DNA from: a virus
Lineage: Duplodnaviria > Caudoviricetes
Virus record (IMG/VR): IMGVR_UViG_3300030107_004028
Location: 1-50,644 of that record
Reading direction: 5' to 3' (one strand)
Length of the DNA: 50,644 bases
The number at the start of each line of letters is the position of its first letter. Within the stretch, counting starts at the first letter, position 1. Position numbers and translations under genes: made by a program. Below are positions 11,100-20,538 of this stretch, piece after piece. Below the pieces are notes generated by a model, which worked only from the letters and a program-made list of their open reading frames with translations, did no database searches and was not told the origin of the DNA.

Positions 11100-11507
11100 A
11101 TGGCAAATTTAACATTAATGGATTTATTGCAACAATTACAAGGTGATACGACAAACAAAGCTACAGATATTGGCAAACAAACCTTGAATGAGATATTTGG
11201 AAATAAATCTGCAGAAGCTGATTCTCTTCAACAAGACGCTATTAGACGTCTTCGAGAAGGAGGTCTGATTGGAAAACAAGGAAGAGCTCTTGTAGAAAGA
11301 TTAACCTTTGACCCTTCAGATACAGGACCTATGTTTGGAGAAAATCCTACAACTGAATTAGACTCTTTACAGAGAGATGCTGTTGACCGTCTTAGAAGTG
11401 GTGGAATGTTTGGCAAACAAGGTAGAAGCTTAGGAGAGTGGTTTAAATCACAAGACTGGAGAGAAATTTTTAAAACACTTGGAACTAATTTAGGCAATCT
11501 TGACTAA
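11100..11507 (+). CDS. Hypothetical protein with internal ~25-aa duplication
   Basis: DSLQQDAIRRLREGGLIGKQGRAL and DSLQRDAVDRLRSGGMFGKQGRSL. Confidence 0.6.
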   Translation: MANLTLMDLLQQLQGDTTNKATDIGKQTLNEIFGNKSAEADSLQQDAIRRLREGGLIGKQGRALVERLTFDPSDTGPMFGENPTTELDSLQRDAVDRLRSGGMFGKQGRSLGEWFKSQDWREIFKTLGTNLGNLD

Positions 11508-12454
11508 TGGCAAAAATAGATAATAGAGGATTATTTAATAGACTTTTTAAAGCAAAGAAAGCTATTACAAATCCTTTGAAAGATATTCCAGAGGCAGCTA
11601 TAAAATATGGAATAGCAAAACCTCTTGAAATGACAACAGGGCTTTTAGCAAACATTATAAAAGATTACGCGGAACGTCCTGTTCAAAATATTTCACTTGA
11701 TGTTGCTACTGGAGGAAGTGCGAAATTCGCCCCTCTTCTTGGTGGTTTAGTTAAAGGAGGAAAAGAATATCTTAGACTTTTTAGAGGGTTAAAAGATACA
11801 AGACCAGATGAAGTTTTAAGTCATTTAGATTCTTCCTATAAGAATATTGTCGGTAAGAGCCGTGGAGGAGCAGGACAGACTTTAACATACACTTCTCCAT
11901 ACAAAAAAGTTTCTGAGGGATATACTATTCCAGGCGGTAGTATTGAAGAACTAAAAACCTTAAAAGAGAAATCATCTACATTGCTTCGATTCGATGTTCC
12001 TTTGGATTGGGTAGATGAAGCCAATGCCGAAGCTATTTCTATTTTAAGAAAGCTTAAAATGTCTGATGATGTTGTTGATTTTGGAAAAGGTTATAGCCAA
12101 GGACAAATAGAAGACATATATAAGCTTAAAGATTTAACTAAAGTTTCAACAGTTCTTAGTAACTCAATTAAGAATAGAAGGATAGGTAGCCGTGTAGGAG
12201 GAAAAGAATATCTTTCTAGACATATTCCTAGCAGTATTAAATTGCCAGTTGATAGAAAAACATTACAAGATATAATTAAAAACGTTGAAGGCGCCGATAA
12301 TAGTATGTGGAATGCATACCATACAATTTTTACTGAAGGAGTTCCAGCAAGATTTTTAACTGGATTAGATGAATTATATGTTCCTGCACATAAAATGCCA
12401 ATGCGTAAAAAAGACATTAATTTTATTTTAGAAATGTTACAGGACCTTAAATGA
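11507..12454 (+). CDS. Hypothetical protein, possible ADP-ribosyltransferase-like fold
   Basis: LRLFRG...TYTSP...Y...LLRFDVP pattern resembles ART core strands; weak. Confidence 0.4.
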   Translation: MAKIDNRGLFNRLFKAKKAITNPLKDIPEAAIKYGIAKPLEMTTGLLANIIKDYAERPVQNISLDVATGGSAKFAPLLGGLVKGGKEYLRLFRGLKDTRPDEVLSHLDSSYKNIVGKSRGGAGQTLTYTSPYKKVSEGYTIPGGSIEELKTLKEKSSTLLRFDVPLDWVDEANAEAISILRKLKMSDDVVDFGKGYSQGQIEDIYKLKDLTKVSTVLSNSIKNRRIGSRVGGKEYLSRHIPSSIKLPVDRKTLQDIIKNVEGADNSMWNAYHTIFTEGVPARFLTGLDELYVPAHKMPMRKKDINFILEMLQDLK

Positions 12455-12462
12455 TTAAGAAA

Positions 12463-13788
12463 TTAAAAAGGAACATCATCCATAGGTTTAGCATCGGAAA
12501 CTTCCGCTTCTTCTACAGTATCATATAAAGTGCACGTATCGGGAGAAAACCCGACAGTAGCTTTTCCTGTAGAGCCGTATCTATTTTTAGCCACTACAAT
12601 ATCCAATCCATATCTACCATTTTTAGCATTCTCAAAGTCTATTGTCCAAGGGTAGTGAGTAAATGCTACAATCTCTGCATCTTGTTCTAAGTTTCCAGAC
12701 TCAGCAAGGTCACTCAATTTAGGAATACGTTCTGTTCTGTATTCTATATTACGATTAAGTTGTGAAACAAGAATAACTGAAATATTCTCTGACTTACACA
12801 ACCACTTATATCTTCTTGATGTATCACCTATTTTCAATCTTAAATCTCTTGTGTCATTATTTGGATATTCTATTAAACCGATATGGTCGTCTATAACGAT
12901 ATCAGGGTTTATACGTCTAATTTCCCTAAAAGTTCCCTCTAAATTACGAATGTTGTCATACATAAATAGTTTGTCAGTATACTTTTCTTTAATATTTTTT
13001 AAACTTTTTTCAATTAATTCCTTATTAGTGACTGCATTATGTCTTAACATATGATATGTAATACCTTCAGATTCCATAGCAATAAACTTTTTCATCATTT
13101 CTGTATTTGGCATTTCCCTGTTAAACATAACTACTTTCTTTCCTTGTAATACAAGATTTCTTGCTATGTTTGCAACTGTAGTCGTCTTAGCATTACCTGG
13201 ACGTCCAGCAAATATAGTAATTTCTCCTTTAGTCATTCCAGACACAATTTCATCAAGAGCCTTTAATCCAGTAGTTGTCAGATTCTTTTTAGTGAACAAT
13301 GAATCTTGAGTATCTTTAAGTAATTGGTCCAAGTCAAACTTTTGTCCTGGCTCAAGATTAATTAAAGAGCTTGCAGTGTCGTGAACATCTACCAAAAGAC
13401 TTGTTATATCATTAGTATGGTCAGAGGCTCTTCTTGCAATAGTTTCTGACTGAATAACTAACTTTCTTCTTAGCCAGTCTTGATTTAGCTGTCGAGCATA
13501 TGACAAAACATTAGCTGTAGTAGGTATAGAATCCATTAAGCCTGTAAGATAGTAGGTTAATCCGTCTGTTTTTGCTGACACATTAACTAAATCTACTGGA
13601 ATGTTTTCGCTTTTTAAAGATAATATTACTTCCCATATTTCTTGATGTTTTAATTTATAGAATACTTCTTTCTCAGGTATCCAGTCTTTTATTAAATCAA
13701 AACATTTCTCATCTACTAATAAAGAACCAAGAACAGCTTGTTCAGACTCTTCACTATGTATACCTAATGCTCTTTCAATTTGAGTCAT
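12463..13788 (-). CDS. dnaB: Replicative DNA helicase, DnaB family
   Basis: N-terminal HS.ESEQAVLGSLL; Walker A-like AGRPGNAKT; IVIDDHIGLI; SQLNR; PKLSDLAESGNLEQDA; VAKNRYG. Confidence 0.95.
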   Translation of the reverse strand: MTQIERALGIHSEESEQAVLGSLLVDEKCFDLIKDWIPEKEVFYKLKHQEIWEVILSLKSENIPVDLVNVSAKTDGLTYYLTGLMDSIPTTANVLSYARQLNQDWLRRKLVIQSETIARRASDHTNDITSLLVDVHDTASSLINLEPGQKFDLDQLLKDTQDSLFTKKNLTTTGLKALDEIVSGMTKGEITIFAGRPGNAKTTTVANIARNLVLQGKKVVMFNREMPNTEMMKKFIAMESEGITYHMLRHNAVTNKELIEKSLKNIKEKYTDKLFMYDNIRNLEGTFREIRRINPDIVIDDHIGLIEYPNNDTRDLRLKIGDTSRRYKWLCKSENISVILVSQLNRNIEYRTERIPKLSDLAESGNLEQDAEIVAFTHYPWTIDFENAKNGRYGLDIVVAKNRYGSTGKATVGFSPDTCTLYDTVEEAEVSDAKPMDDVPF

Positions 13789-14134
13789 TATCTCTCTCCT
13801 TGCATTCGTGACACAATCCTTTTACTAAAGGAATGTTATTATAAACTTCAGGGTCTAAGAAATTTGGTTCAAACTTATTTCTAACTCCTATTTCTATTGC
13901 CCAAGCTCTTCTACATTCAGGACACCTTGTAGGAATTCTTGTTGTAGATATTCTACTTTTATTTTTATTTTTTAGTAGTGCGTTATAGTATGGATTTTGT
14001 TTACTATGCACATATTTATCGACTGCTTCTTTATCAAACCATTCTTCGTCATCAAAATAGTAATACAAAGACATAAAATATGATTTTTCTATCTCCCAGT
14101 CTTCTTTAGACTTGTAATCGTAATTAACTCTCAA
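13775..14134 (-). CDS. Hypothetical protein with CxxC...CxxC zinc finger
   Basis: CPEC and CHEC motifs; TTG start after GGGAG. Confidence 0.6.
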   Translation of the reverse strand: MRVNYDYKSKEDWEIEKSYFMSLYYYFDDEEWFDKEAVDKYVHSKQNPYYNALLKNKNKSRISTTRIPTRCPECRRAWAIEIGVRNKFEPNFLDPEVYNNIPLVKGLCHECKERDNDSN

Positions 14135-14148
14135 AATAACTCCCTATG

Positions 14149-14490
14149 TTACTTATTTAATTGAAATGTAAGTTGGATTAACTCCAACAAATCTTTATAC
14201 CTTATTGTAGCGTATATCTCTCCTCTATCTTCTTTTAGTAATGTAATATCGCAATCGTCTGGTGGTAATAAGTATTGAGCAATGTTTTTTCTAACCTTAC
14301 ACTGCACTTTCATTGTCCTTGACATCTCTTCGTTTAGTAAATATTCTATAACGATATCAACCTCAGGAGAAAGTCCAAGACTTCTTCCGTCGCTACCCCA
14401 AGCTCTCTTTGAGCTAAATCCGTGCTGTTGTGCTACTTCAACACATTCTTTCTCAAACCTGTTCCCTTTTGCTTTTTGCTTGTTTGCCAT
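14149..14490 (-). CDS. Holliday junction resolvase, Hjc-like PD-(D/E)XK
   Basis: KAKGNRFEKE...RAWGS...VDIVI...VQCK. Confidence 0.75.
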   Translation of the reverse strand: MANKQKAKGNRFEKECVEVAQQHGFSSKRAWGSDGRSLGLSPEVDIVIEYLLNEEMSRTMKVQCKVRKNIAQYLLPPDDCDITLLKEDRGEIYATIRYKDLLELIQLTFQLNK

Positions 14491-14568
14491 ATTGATTAAT
14501 TAATCTCCTTCTTACTTTGGATTTTTCTTTTCCAAATTTTCTTCTGTTTCTTCCCATAATTTAATAGA

Positions 14569-14985
14569 TTATTCTCCCTTCTGTCCACATATTTTTTTGC
14601 CTGTCCACAAATCTAAATATCCTACTAATTTATTTATCTTATATTTTTTATCAAATTCAGTCTGTTTTGGCATTTCTCTCATTTCCCACTTATAATTATA
14701 ACGAGACTTATTAAGATTGGTAATATTAAATACATATATATCGTTAGGAGTTCCAACAATATATAAGAATTTTTTATTGAATAAATCTGAATACATAATG
14801 TTGTAAGCATACTTATCAAACTCAATAATATAATTTTCATACTCTTTGTTCCTATATTTAATTTCAATTATGTAATTATTGTTATATGCGTCAAACCTGT
14901 GATACTCATCTTTGCATAAAATAGGCTTATCTTCCTTGAAATGCTCATTTAAGTGCTTTAATACCAATAATTCATTTTTTTTCAT
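14569..14985 (-). CDS. PD-(D/E)XK-like nuclease family protein
   Basis: FDAY...IIEIKYR; very AT-rich. Confidence 0.55.
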   Translation of the reverse strand: MKKNELLVLKHLNEHFKEDKPILCKDEYHRFDAYNNNYIIEIKYRNKEYENYIIEFDKYAYNIMYSDLFNKKFLYIVGTPNDIYVFNITNLNKSRYNYKWEMREMPKQTEFDKKYKINKLVGYLDLWTGKKICGQKGE

Positions 14986-15101
14986 AAATCTCCAAAATTT
15001 TTATCTCGAGAATGCCCCTATAAGCGTGTTTAATTATTTTCCCGATATAACTATCGACTAAAATATGTTTCGTCCATATAGAGGCTATCTCGTTCTTTAT
15101 T

Positions 15102-15380
15102 TTAAAAATTCTCACTTTTTATAGCTTTTATACCTGAATATACATTTCCGTGATGATATGCTTTATATAAATCATCTAAATCTATATAATGATATTCAAG
15201 TTCTAATCCTAATATCTCTTCGTTTTTCAAACCAACATAAAAACCTTCCGAATTTAAGCTTTCGCATATTTTAGAAAGCTCTTTAGGAAATATGCCATAA
15301 TACCTTATTGCAGAAAATTGTCCAATTATTCCAAATTTTTTAAGGTGAGCGAGAATCCTTTTTTTGTTTCTCAATCTCAT
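15102..15380 (-). CDS. Winged helix-turn-helix protein
   Basis: KKRILAHLKKFG.I...AIRYYGI...L...G matches the common small phage HTH pattern. Confidence 0.55.
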   Translation of the reverse strand: MRLRNKKRILAHLKKFGIIGQFSAIRYYGIFPKELSKICESLNSEGFYVGLKNEEILGLELEYHYIDLDDLYKAYHHGNVYSGIKAIKSENF

Positions 15381-15564
15381 TTATCTCCCTATATCTTTTG
15401 CGAAGAATATGGACGAGATATTTTTCTTCCCGTCCAGAAATTTCTTCTATACCTTTTTTACCAAAGGCTAACCTTTTAGTTACGATTACTTCTGTAATTC
15501 CTTTACTCCAACCCATTAAGTCTTGGAATGAATTCATAATATTATTCCATTTAGAAATTTTCAT
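15340..15564 (-). CDS. Hypothetical protein
   Basis: ATG at 15564 downstream of GGGAG; co-oriented with neighbours. Confidence 0.5.
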   Translation of the reverse strand: MKISKWNNIMNSFQDLMGWSKGITEVIVTKRLAFGKKGIEEISGREEKYLVHILRKRYREINEIEKQKKDSRSP

Positions 15565-15707
15565 AATATATTTTATACTCCCTTCTCTATTAATAAAATT
15601 TTTAGCGCCAACCAAAAATCGTATTTGTTTATACGTTTAGTAATAGTATAACAGGATTGGATACCTGCCCGCTTCCTTCTAAAGCGTATTGTGAGAAGGG
15701 AATATAA

Positions 15708-15941
15708 TTAATCGCAACTGTCACAATGATTTGGACCAAATGCGGCTTTAGAATTTTCAATGACGTCTTGTTCAGTCATAGAGTCATTTTCTTTTTCTTC
15801 TGTATATTGAGACTGATATTGATTTTTTATAGACGTTCTAAGATTTACACACAATTCATTCTCTCCTTCACATCTATGTTCTTCTATCATTTCAATTAAA
15901 GCCTTTATTTGCTCTTTATCTAATGTAATATTATAGCTCAT
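15708..15941 (-). CDS. Hypothetical protein
   Basis: 77-aa acidic ORF in the operon. Confidence 0.55.
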   Translation of the reverse strand: MSYNITLDKEQIKALIEMIEEHRCEGENELCVNLRTSIKNQYQSQYTEEKENDSMTEQDVIENSKAAFGPNHCDSCD

Positions 15942-15944
15942 ATG

Positions 15945-16505
15945 TTAAAAAGGTAAGTCGTCTTCCTTCAAAGGTTTACTTACTTCCCTATTTGATTTGA
16001 AAACATTGACTGCAAGAGGAGTTACTCTTTCCTCTCCGTCACTTCCAGTCCACTTGTCGTGAACAACTTTGATATTAACAGGATTACCTGAAATATCAGA
16101 CTCCATTATGTAAGGTAGAAGATATCTTCCTTGCTTGTCTTTATCTATTTCATACCCACAAGCCTCGACAAAAATCATATACCCTTTGTTATTTCCTTGA
16201 TTGTCTTCAAGGTTTGGATATTTTTCTTTGTCAGGAGCTTTAAATCTAAAATAACCTTTAGATTTAACTTCTCTTCCTTTCAATTCAGGATATCTCTCGT
16301 CATCAATAGAATATGTTGCTTCGAATATATCACTAAGATAACTATTCTTCACAACTATGTCTTTCTTGATAATAAGTTTGCTAACAATAGCCTCATATGT
16401 TCCTTCTTCGATTTTATACGATTTATTCCCAGTCGTATCTTCTGAAGGATTATAATAAGCAACATTGCTATCAATGTCATTTAGTAAGTCATTAACATTA
16501 CTCAT
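15945..16505 (-). CDS. Probable single-stranded DNA-binding protein
   Basis: IEEGTYEAIV beta-rich start, acidic tail EDDLPF, adjacent to annealase. Confidence 0.65.
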   Translation of the reverse strand: MSNVNDLLNDIDSNVAYYNPSEDTTGNKSYKIEEGTYEAIVSKLIIKKDIVVKNSYLSDIFEATYSIDDERYPELKGREVKSKGYFRFKAPDKEKYPNLEDNQGNNKGYMIFVEACGYEIDKDKQGRYLLPYIMESDISGNPVNIKVVHDKWTGSDGEERVTPLAVNVFKSNREVSKPLKEDDLPF

Positions 16506-17079
16506 TTTCGTTCTCCTTAGTCACTTTTAGTTTAGACAATACTTTATCGTAATTGCCTTTATTTATTTTTCCAGACTTTAAAGCATAGTCCATTTTATCT
16601 GCGTCTTCTGTGCTCATTTGAGATATTTTAGTAACCAATATATTATATTGCTCTTCCGAAAGAGTGTTGTCAACATATTGTTTTCTATATACATCGTCCG
16701 CAACATTACACAATCTATTTACCGCAACTTTAAAGGCGTCTGAATTTGCTGCTTTTAAGTCATTACCTAAATCGACGTATCCACCACCACTTCTCGATAC
16801 AGCTATTCTGTGAGCAGCGACGGAATCAAAACTTCGAGGAATTCCCTCGTCCATAATTTTTAGACGTCCGTGCACTACTATTGCCTTATCTCCTAATGTT
16901 TCATACTTAATTACCTCCCAAGACCAAATTGGATAGTGTTGGTTTAGACGCCAACGCATATATCCTTCGTCTACATAGTCAAAACCATTTCTACTTTTAA
17001 CTACATCTTGAGGTGTAGATTGCTCTGAAACTTGTTGATGTTTAGATACAATCGTATCTACTTTTACTAACTCATTCAT
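16498..17079 (-). CDS. Rad52/Sak-family single-strand annealing protein
   Basis: YVD...RLN...WSWEV...V.GRL...DLKAA.SDAFK.A. Confidence 0.8.
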   Translation of the reverse strand: MNELVKVDTIVSKHQQVSEQSTPQDVVKSRNGFDYVDEGYMRWRLNQHYPIWSWEVIKYETLGDKAIVVHGRLKIMDEGIPRSFDSVAAHRIAVSRSGGGYVDLGNDLKAANSDAFKVAVNRLCNVADDVYRKQYVDNTLSEEQYNILVTKISQMSTEDADKMDYALKSGKINKGNYDKVLSKLKVTKENENE

Positions 17080-17953
17080 TTATACTCCCATTATTGTATG
17101 GACACAAGTGTCTGACTTCACAAAAAGCCTCGCATTTTCGTCCGTTCCAAGTTTGTTCTGTCGTGCATTTTTCAGGTAAATTGTCGCATTCTAATGCTTC
17201 AACAAGTTTATCTCTTGCACTTAAAAATTTATATTCCAATACTTCATCGTCATATCTTGGTATTTCTATAAGATATATATTCCTATCAAGCCCTCTATCT
17301 CTCGCAACAACAATTCCTCCGTCTCTCAAAGTAACTTGTATATACATTTTATCTACCTCTTGCCCTTTTCTCTCTAATAAATATCTATACCAGTTTAGCT
17401 GCCAACCCCAATCACCGTAGTCTGCTAATCCTTCGTCTCTATACCAATCCTTAACCATTTTAGGACTACCTTTTTTACCCCACTTACCAGACGATTTATA
17501 TTTAGCTCCCGACGGACAAGGTATTTTATTGTAAGTCATACCTAATAATTGAGAACATTTATAAGAGCCTGTATTCTTATAATCTATCAACATCTTTGTT
17601 TCCTTGTCATACAAGTCTACTATTCCCGTTATATCAAATCCTTCTAATTGTTCTTCAAGTAAATGTCTATCGTCTGAATGTTGCTCTAATCGAGCGTGGT
17701 GCATAGTTCCTGCTAATGAGAACGCCCTTTCCTGAGGATTTATATAATATTCTTCTCTCCTCTTTAAGTAAGCCTCACACGTCCCGATTAGCAATTCAGT
17801 CGTCGAAGGTTTTCTATTTACGTCTCTCTCTTTGGACATCTCCATAAGAGTAGGTAAAGTCATACCCATTTTTTCTATGTCTACTTTACCTTTCTTAACG
17901 TCTTCAAAACTTACTTTATCTCCACTTGGGTAGATGAAACCAACTGCTGCCAT
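17072..17953 (-). CDS. Cas4-like PD-(D/E)XK exonuclease
   Basis: GTMHH, ITGIVD...LIDYK, QLNWY, C-terminal Cys cluster C..FC....C. Confidence 0.8.
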   Translation of the reverse strand: MAAVGFIYPSGDKVSFEDVKKGKVDIEKMGMTLPTLMEMSKERDVNRKPSTTELLIGTCEAYLKRREEYYINPQERAFSLAGTMHHARLEQHSDDRHLLEEQLEGFDITGIVDLYDKETKMLIDYKNTGSYKCSQLLGMTYNKIPCPSGAKYKSSGKWGKKGSPKMVKDWYRDEGLADYGDWGWQLNWYRYLLERKGQEVDKMYIQVTLRDGGIVVARDRGLDRNIYLIEIPRYDDEVLEYKFLSARDKLVEALECDNLPEKCTTEQTWNGRKCEAFCEVRHLCPYNNGSINE

Positions 17954-18098
17954 TTTTATTCTCCTTACTATTAACGTAATCTAATATTAATCTATTCAGC
18001 GTTTCTTTCATAGAAACGCCCTCTCTTGCAGTTTTTGTTTTAAACTTTATCCATAATTCTCTATCGAGAACAAAAGATGTTTGAAATTTGTTTTTCAT
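17916..18098 (-). CDS. Ribbon-helix-helix transcriptional regulator (Arc/ParG-like)
   Basis: TSFVLDRELWIKFK...EGVSMKETLNRLILDYV; ATG 18098 lies just downstream of a -10 box. Confidence 0.7.
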   Translation of the reverse strand: MKNKFQTSFVLDRELWIKFKTKTAREGVSMKETLNRLILDYVNSKENKNGSSWFHLPKWR

Positions 18099-18103
18099 AC
18101 CTG

Positions 18104-18133
18104 AATTTAGCAACAAATACATACCTTTGTCAA
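18104..18133 (-). promoter_or_regulatory. Sigma70-type promoter TTGACA-18 bp-TAAATT for the replication operon
   Basis: Plus strand aattta at 18104 and tgtcaa at 18128. Confidence 0.6.
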
Positions 18134-18541
18134 CAAAAACTTTAAAACTTTATTTTATAGTTTCTTTCTCTATTGTTATTAAATCAATAGCATACCATAT
18201 AATATTCCTATAATACTTAAACTCTTTTTGAGATAGTTCAACATTGTCTAATATGTCTCCCAATTTCATTAATCCTTTTACAATTTCAGATATTTTCATT
18301 TTTTCTCTCCATTAGTTTGTCATTTACTTTTTTCATTTTTTTATAAAGCTCAATGTAGCTTTTGTCTTTAAATATAATATTATTTTTATTTAAATGTCCT
18401 TCGTGTTTTATACTCCAAGTTTTGTCTCTCATTTTTCCTCCACTTTTACATTATAGCCTAATTGTCTAAATAGTTTTAATACCTCTGACTTAAAAGATTT
18501 ATAGTCATTCTTTTTTACTTTAATTGTTATATAGTCTTTAC

Positions 18542-18733
18542 TCATTTTTCCTCCCATCCGTCATCAGACGGAGCTTCAAATGTGTCTGATTTTCTAATTT
18601 CAGACGCTATTCCATTATGAGTTAGTTTAAAGTCATAACCCAAGTCTTCTCTTAAAAACTTAACTAACGTCATAATATATCCTTGTATGTCTCTTGCTAA
18701 TTTATCTCTATCCTTTTTTAAGTTCATCGTCAT
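18542..18733 (-). CDS. Small early hypothetical protein
   Basis: ORF overlapping neighbours in the same orientation. Confidence 0.5.
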   Translation of the reverse strand: MTMNLKKDRDKLARDIQGYIMTLVKFLREDLGYDFKLTHNGIASEIRKSDTFEAPSDDGWEEK

Positions 18734-18905
18734 ACTCCTTTAATACGTAGCTTTTTAAATCCCATTTCTTTTGTAGTCTCTTCGCCCAGTCGTCCATTTC
18801 TTCGAGCGACATAGTTTGACTTAAATAAAAGTCTAAAAAGTTTGCAAAATCGTTCTTAACATTTTTCATTTCATAGTTTTTTTTGATATATTTAACTTGT
18901 TTCAT
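18708..18905 (-). CDS. Small early hypothetical protein
   Basis: AGGAG RBS. Confidence 0.55.
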   Translation of the reverse strand: MKQVKYIKKNYEMKNVKNDFANFLDFYLSQTMSLEEMDDWAKRLQKKWDLKSYVLKEYDDELKKG

Positions 18906-19140
18906 TTTCAGTCTCCTTGAAGTGTTCTTCTATCATTTTTAATATTATATAAGCCTCGTCTCTACCACCTTCCAATTTAGCAACTTCTTCACTTGCCTCG
19001 TCGTAATATCTTCCGTCATTGTCGCTATTTTCCCAAACATAATCTATATCTTTTTGATTATATTTTATTGTAAGTTTACAAGTGTCTTTTATTTTATTTA
19101 ATAATCTCCTATCTCTATTCATAGTTTTATTTTCGTCCAT
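18892..19140 (-). CDS. Small early hypothetical protein
   Basis: 82-aa ORF in tight operon. Confidence 0.55.
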   Translation of the reverse strand: MDENKTMNRDRRLLNKIKDTCKLTIKYNQKDIDYVWENSDNDGRYYDEASEEVAKLEGGRDEAYIILKMIEEHFKETENETS

Positions 19141-19142
19141 TG

Positions 19143-19424
19143 TTAATTTTCTTCGTCATATACTAAATCATTCGTCATATTGTCCATAGCGTAATCTAAA
19201 TTCTTCTCTCTAATAGCGTCCTCTATTCCTTCGTTAAATTTAGCAACCTCTGTCTGAATTATTCTAATTTCTTCTTCAAATTCCTTTAACATTTCTTCGT
19301 CGTCTAATATAATTTTATCAGTATTTTCGTCTATTCTGAAATATACAGAAGAAGGTTTTATCCATTTAATATCTCTATGGTTTAAAATTTCTCTTAACTC
19401 AATTATAAATTCTTGTTCAGTCAT
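19143..19424 (-). CDS. Acidic early hypothetical protein
   Basis: AGGAG RBS; Asp/Glu-rich. Confidence 0.6.
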   Translation of the reverse strand: MTEQEFIIELREILNHRDIKWIKPSSVYFRIDENTDKIILDDEEMLKEFEEEIRIIQTEVAKFNEGIEDAIREKNLDYAMDNMTNDLVYDEEN

Positions 19425-19447
19425 TTATTTCTCCTTTGCAATTATTT

Positions 19448-19470
19448 GGCGACGCCAATTTGACGTCGCC
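19448..19470 (-). other. GC-rich intergenic RNA stem-loop
   Basis: Minus strand GGCGACGUCA-AAU-UGGCGUCGCC, 10-bp stem with one G-U pair. Confidence 0.55.
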
Positions 19471-19495
19471 TATTAACACAATATATCCTAACTAT

Positions 19496-19699
19496 TTAAT
19501 CGTTGAGTTCATATTTATTGCAAATTTCGTCGAAATTATTTAACAAATATTTATACTCTCTTTTGTCAAGTCCTATCATTTTTCTTACGACGGGATTATA
19601 CATATTGTATTCTCCACTATCTCTTATTTCTATAAATTCAAGAACGTCTGACTTGTTTATGTTTATATTGTCATTTTCTATACTATTTTGTAGTATCAT
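19496..19699 (-). CDS. Conserved-type small phage hypothetical protein
   Basis: F.EIRDSGEYNMY motif; AGGAG RBS. Confidence 0.6.
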   Translation of the reverse strand: MILQNSIENDNININKSDVLEFIEIRDSGEYNMYNPVVRKMIGLDKREYKYLLNNFDEICNKYELND

Positions 19700-19741
19700 T
19701 TATCGTCTCCTATCTGTTTATACATTTACTAAATTTCTGAT

Positions 19742-20527
19742 TTAATTATCTTCTTCTTCACATACTAAATCAATTGACAGATGTTGTCTAAATTCTTCTT
19801 GCATTCTCTCTCGAACGTGGACATTATTTCTATCAAATTCATATCTATAAAATTGCTCTACTCTATCGTTTACTGGATTAGATTCATCTGCGTCTAAAAT
19901 TCTTCTCTCAATTTGAGTTTCGTCGCAAAATCCTTCAACTCCATTATTTTTATTTTGATTATCCGACGATAATTCGAGTTTTTTACTGATTACATTATTT
20001 AAAACCAATAAGGCATTATGTAATATATCTTTATTTATACTTACTTTCCTATCTTTATATATATTTTGTCCAAATGAATTATTCACAACATAAATACATA
20101 ATAACTTATTTATAAAAAGAATAAAACCTAACTTTACATTTTCTTCAATTCCCGTCGTTTTCGTTAAAACATCTCTAATAAAATTTGGTATTCTACTTAA
20201 AAACCTTTCAAAATATTTATCGTAATAGTCGTTATCTGTCCAATGCTCATAAAAACTCGACGGGATTTCCTCTTCGTTATATTCTTCGATTAAAGAGTCG
20301 TAAAAATGACTTAAAAAATCATTAATATTTTCTTCGATATTATACGTTCCTTCTGACAAATATAAATCTGCAAAGTCTTCACTTTTTCTTCTATCTTCTA
20401 ATCCTAAATTATAAAAAATATTTAATATTTCTCTATTTGTATTTACGGAATTATCTTCACTCAACTTAATTTCATTTTTTAAAGACGTTATAACGTCCAA
20501 TAGCTTGTAATCTTCTTTTTTAATCAT
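19742..20527 (-). CDS. Hypothetical early protein (261 aa, acidic)
   Basis: AAGGA RBS; long ORF. Confidence 0.65.
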   Translation of the reverse strand: MIKKEDYKLLDVITSLKNEIKLSEDNSVNTNREILNIFYNLGLEDRRKSEDFADLYLSEGTYNIEENINDFLSHFYDSLIEEYNEEEIPSSFYEHWTDNDYYDKYFERFLSRIPNFIRDVLTKTTGIEENVKLGFILFINKLLCIYVVNNSFGQNIYKDRKVSINKDILHNALLVLNNVISKKLELSSDNQNKNNGVEGFCDETQIERRILDADESNPVNDRVEQFYRYEFDRNNVHVRERMQEEFRQHLSIDLVCEEEDN

Positions 20528-20538
20528 CTGTTGTCCTT

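Noticed and set aside
17072-17953. Cas4-like gene as evidence of a CRISPR-Cas system
   Set aside because: No cas1/cas2 or repeat-spacer array seen; the context (Sak, SSB) is a standard phage recombination module.
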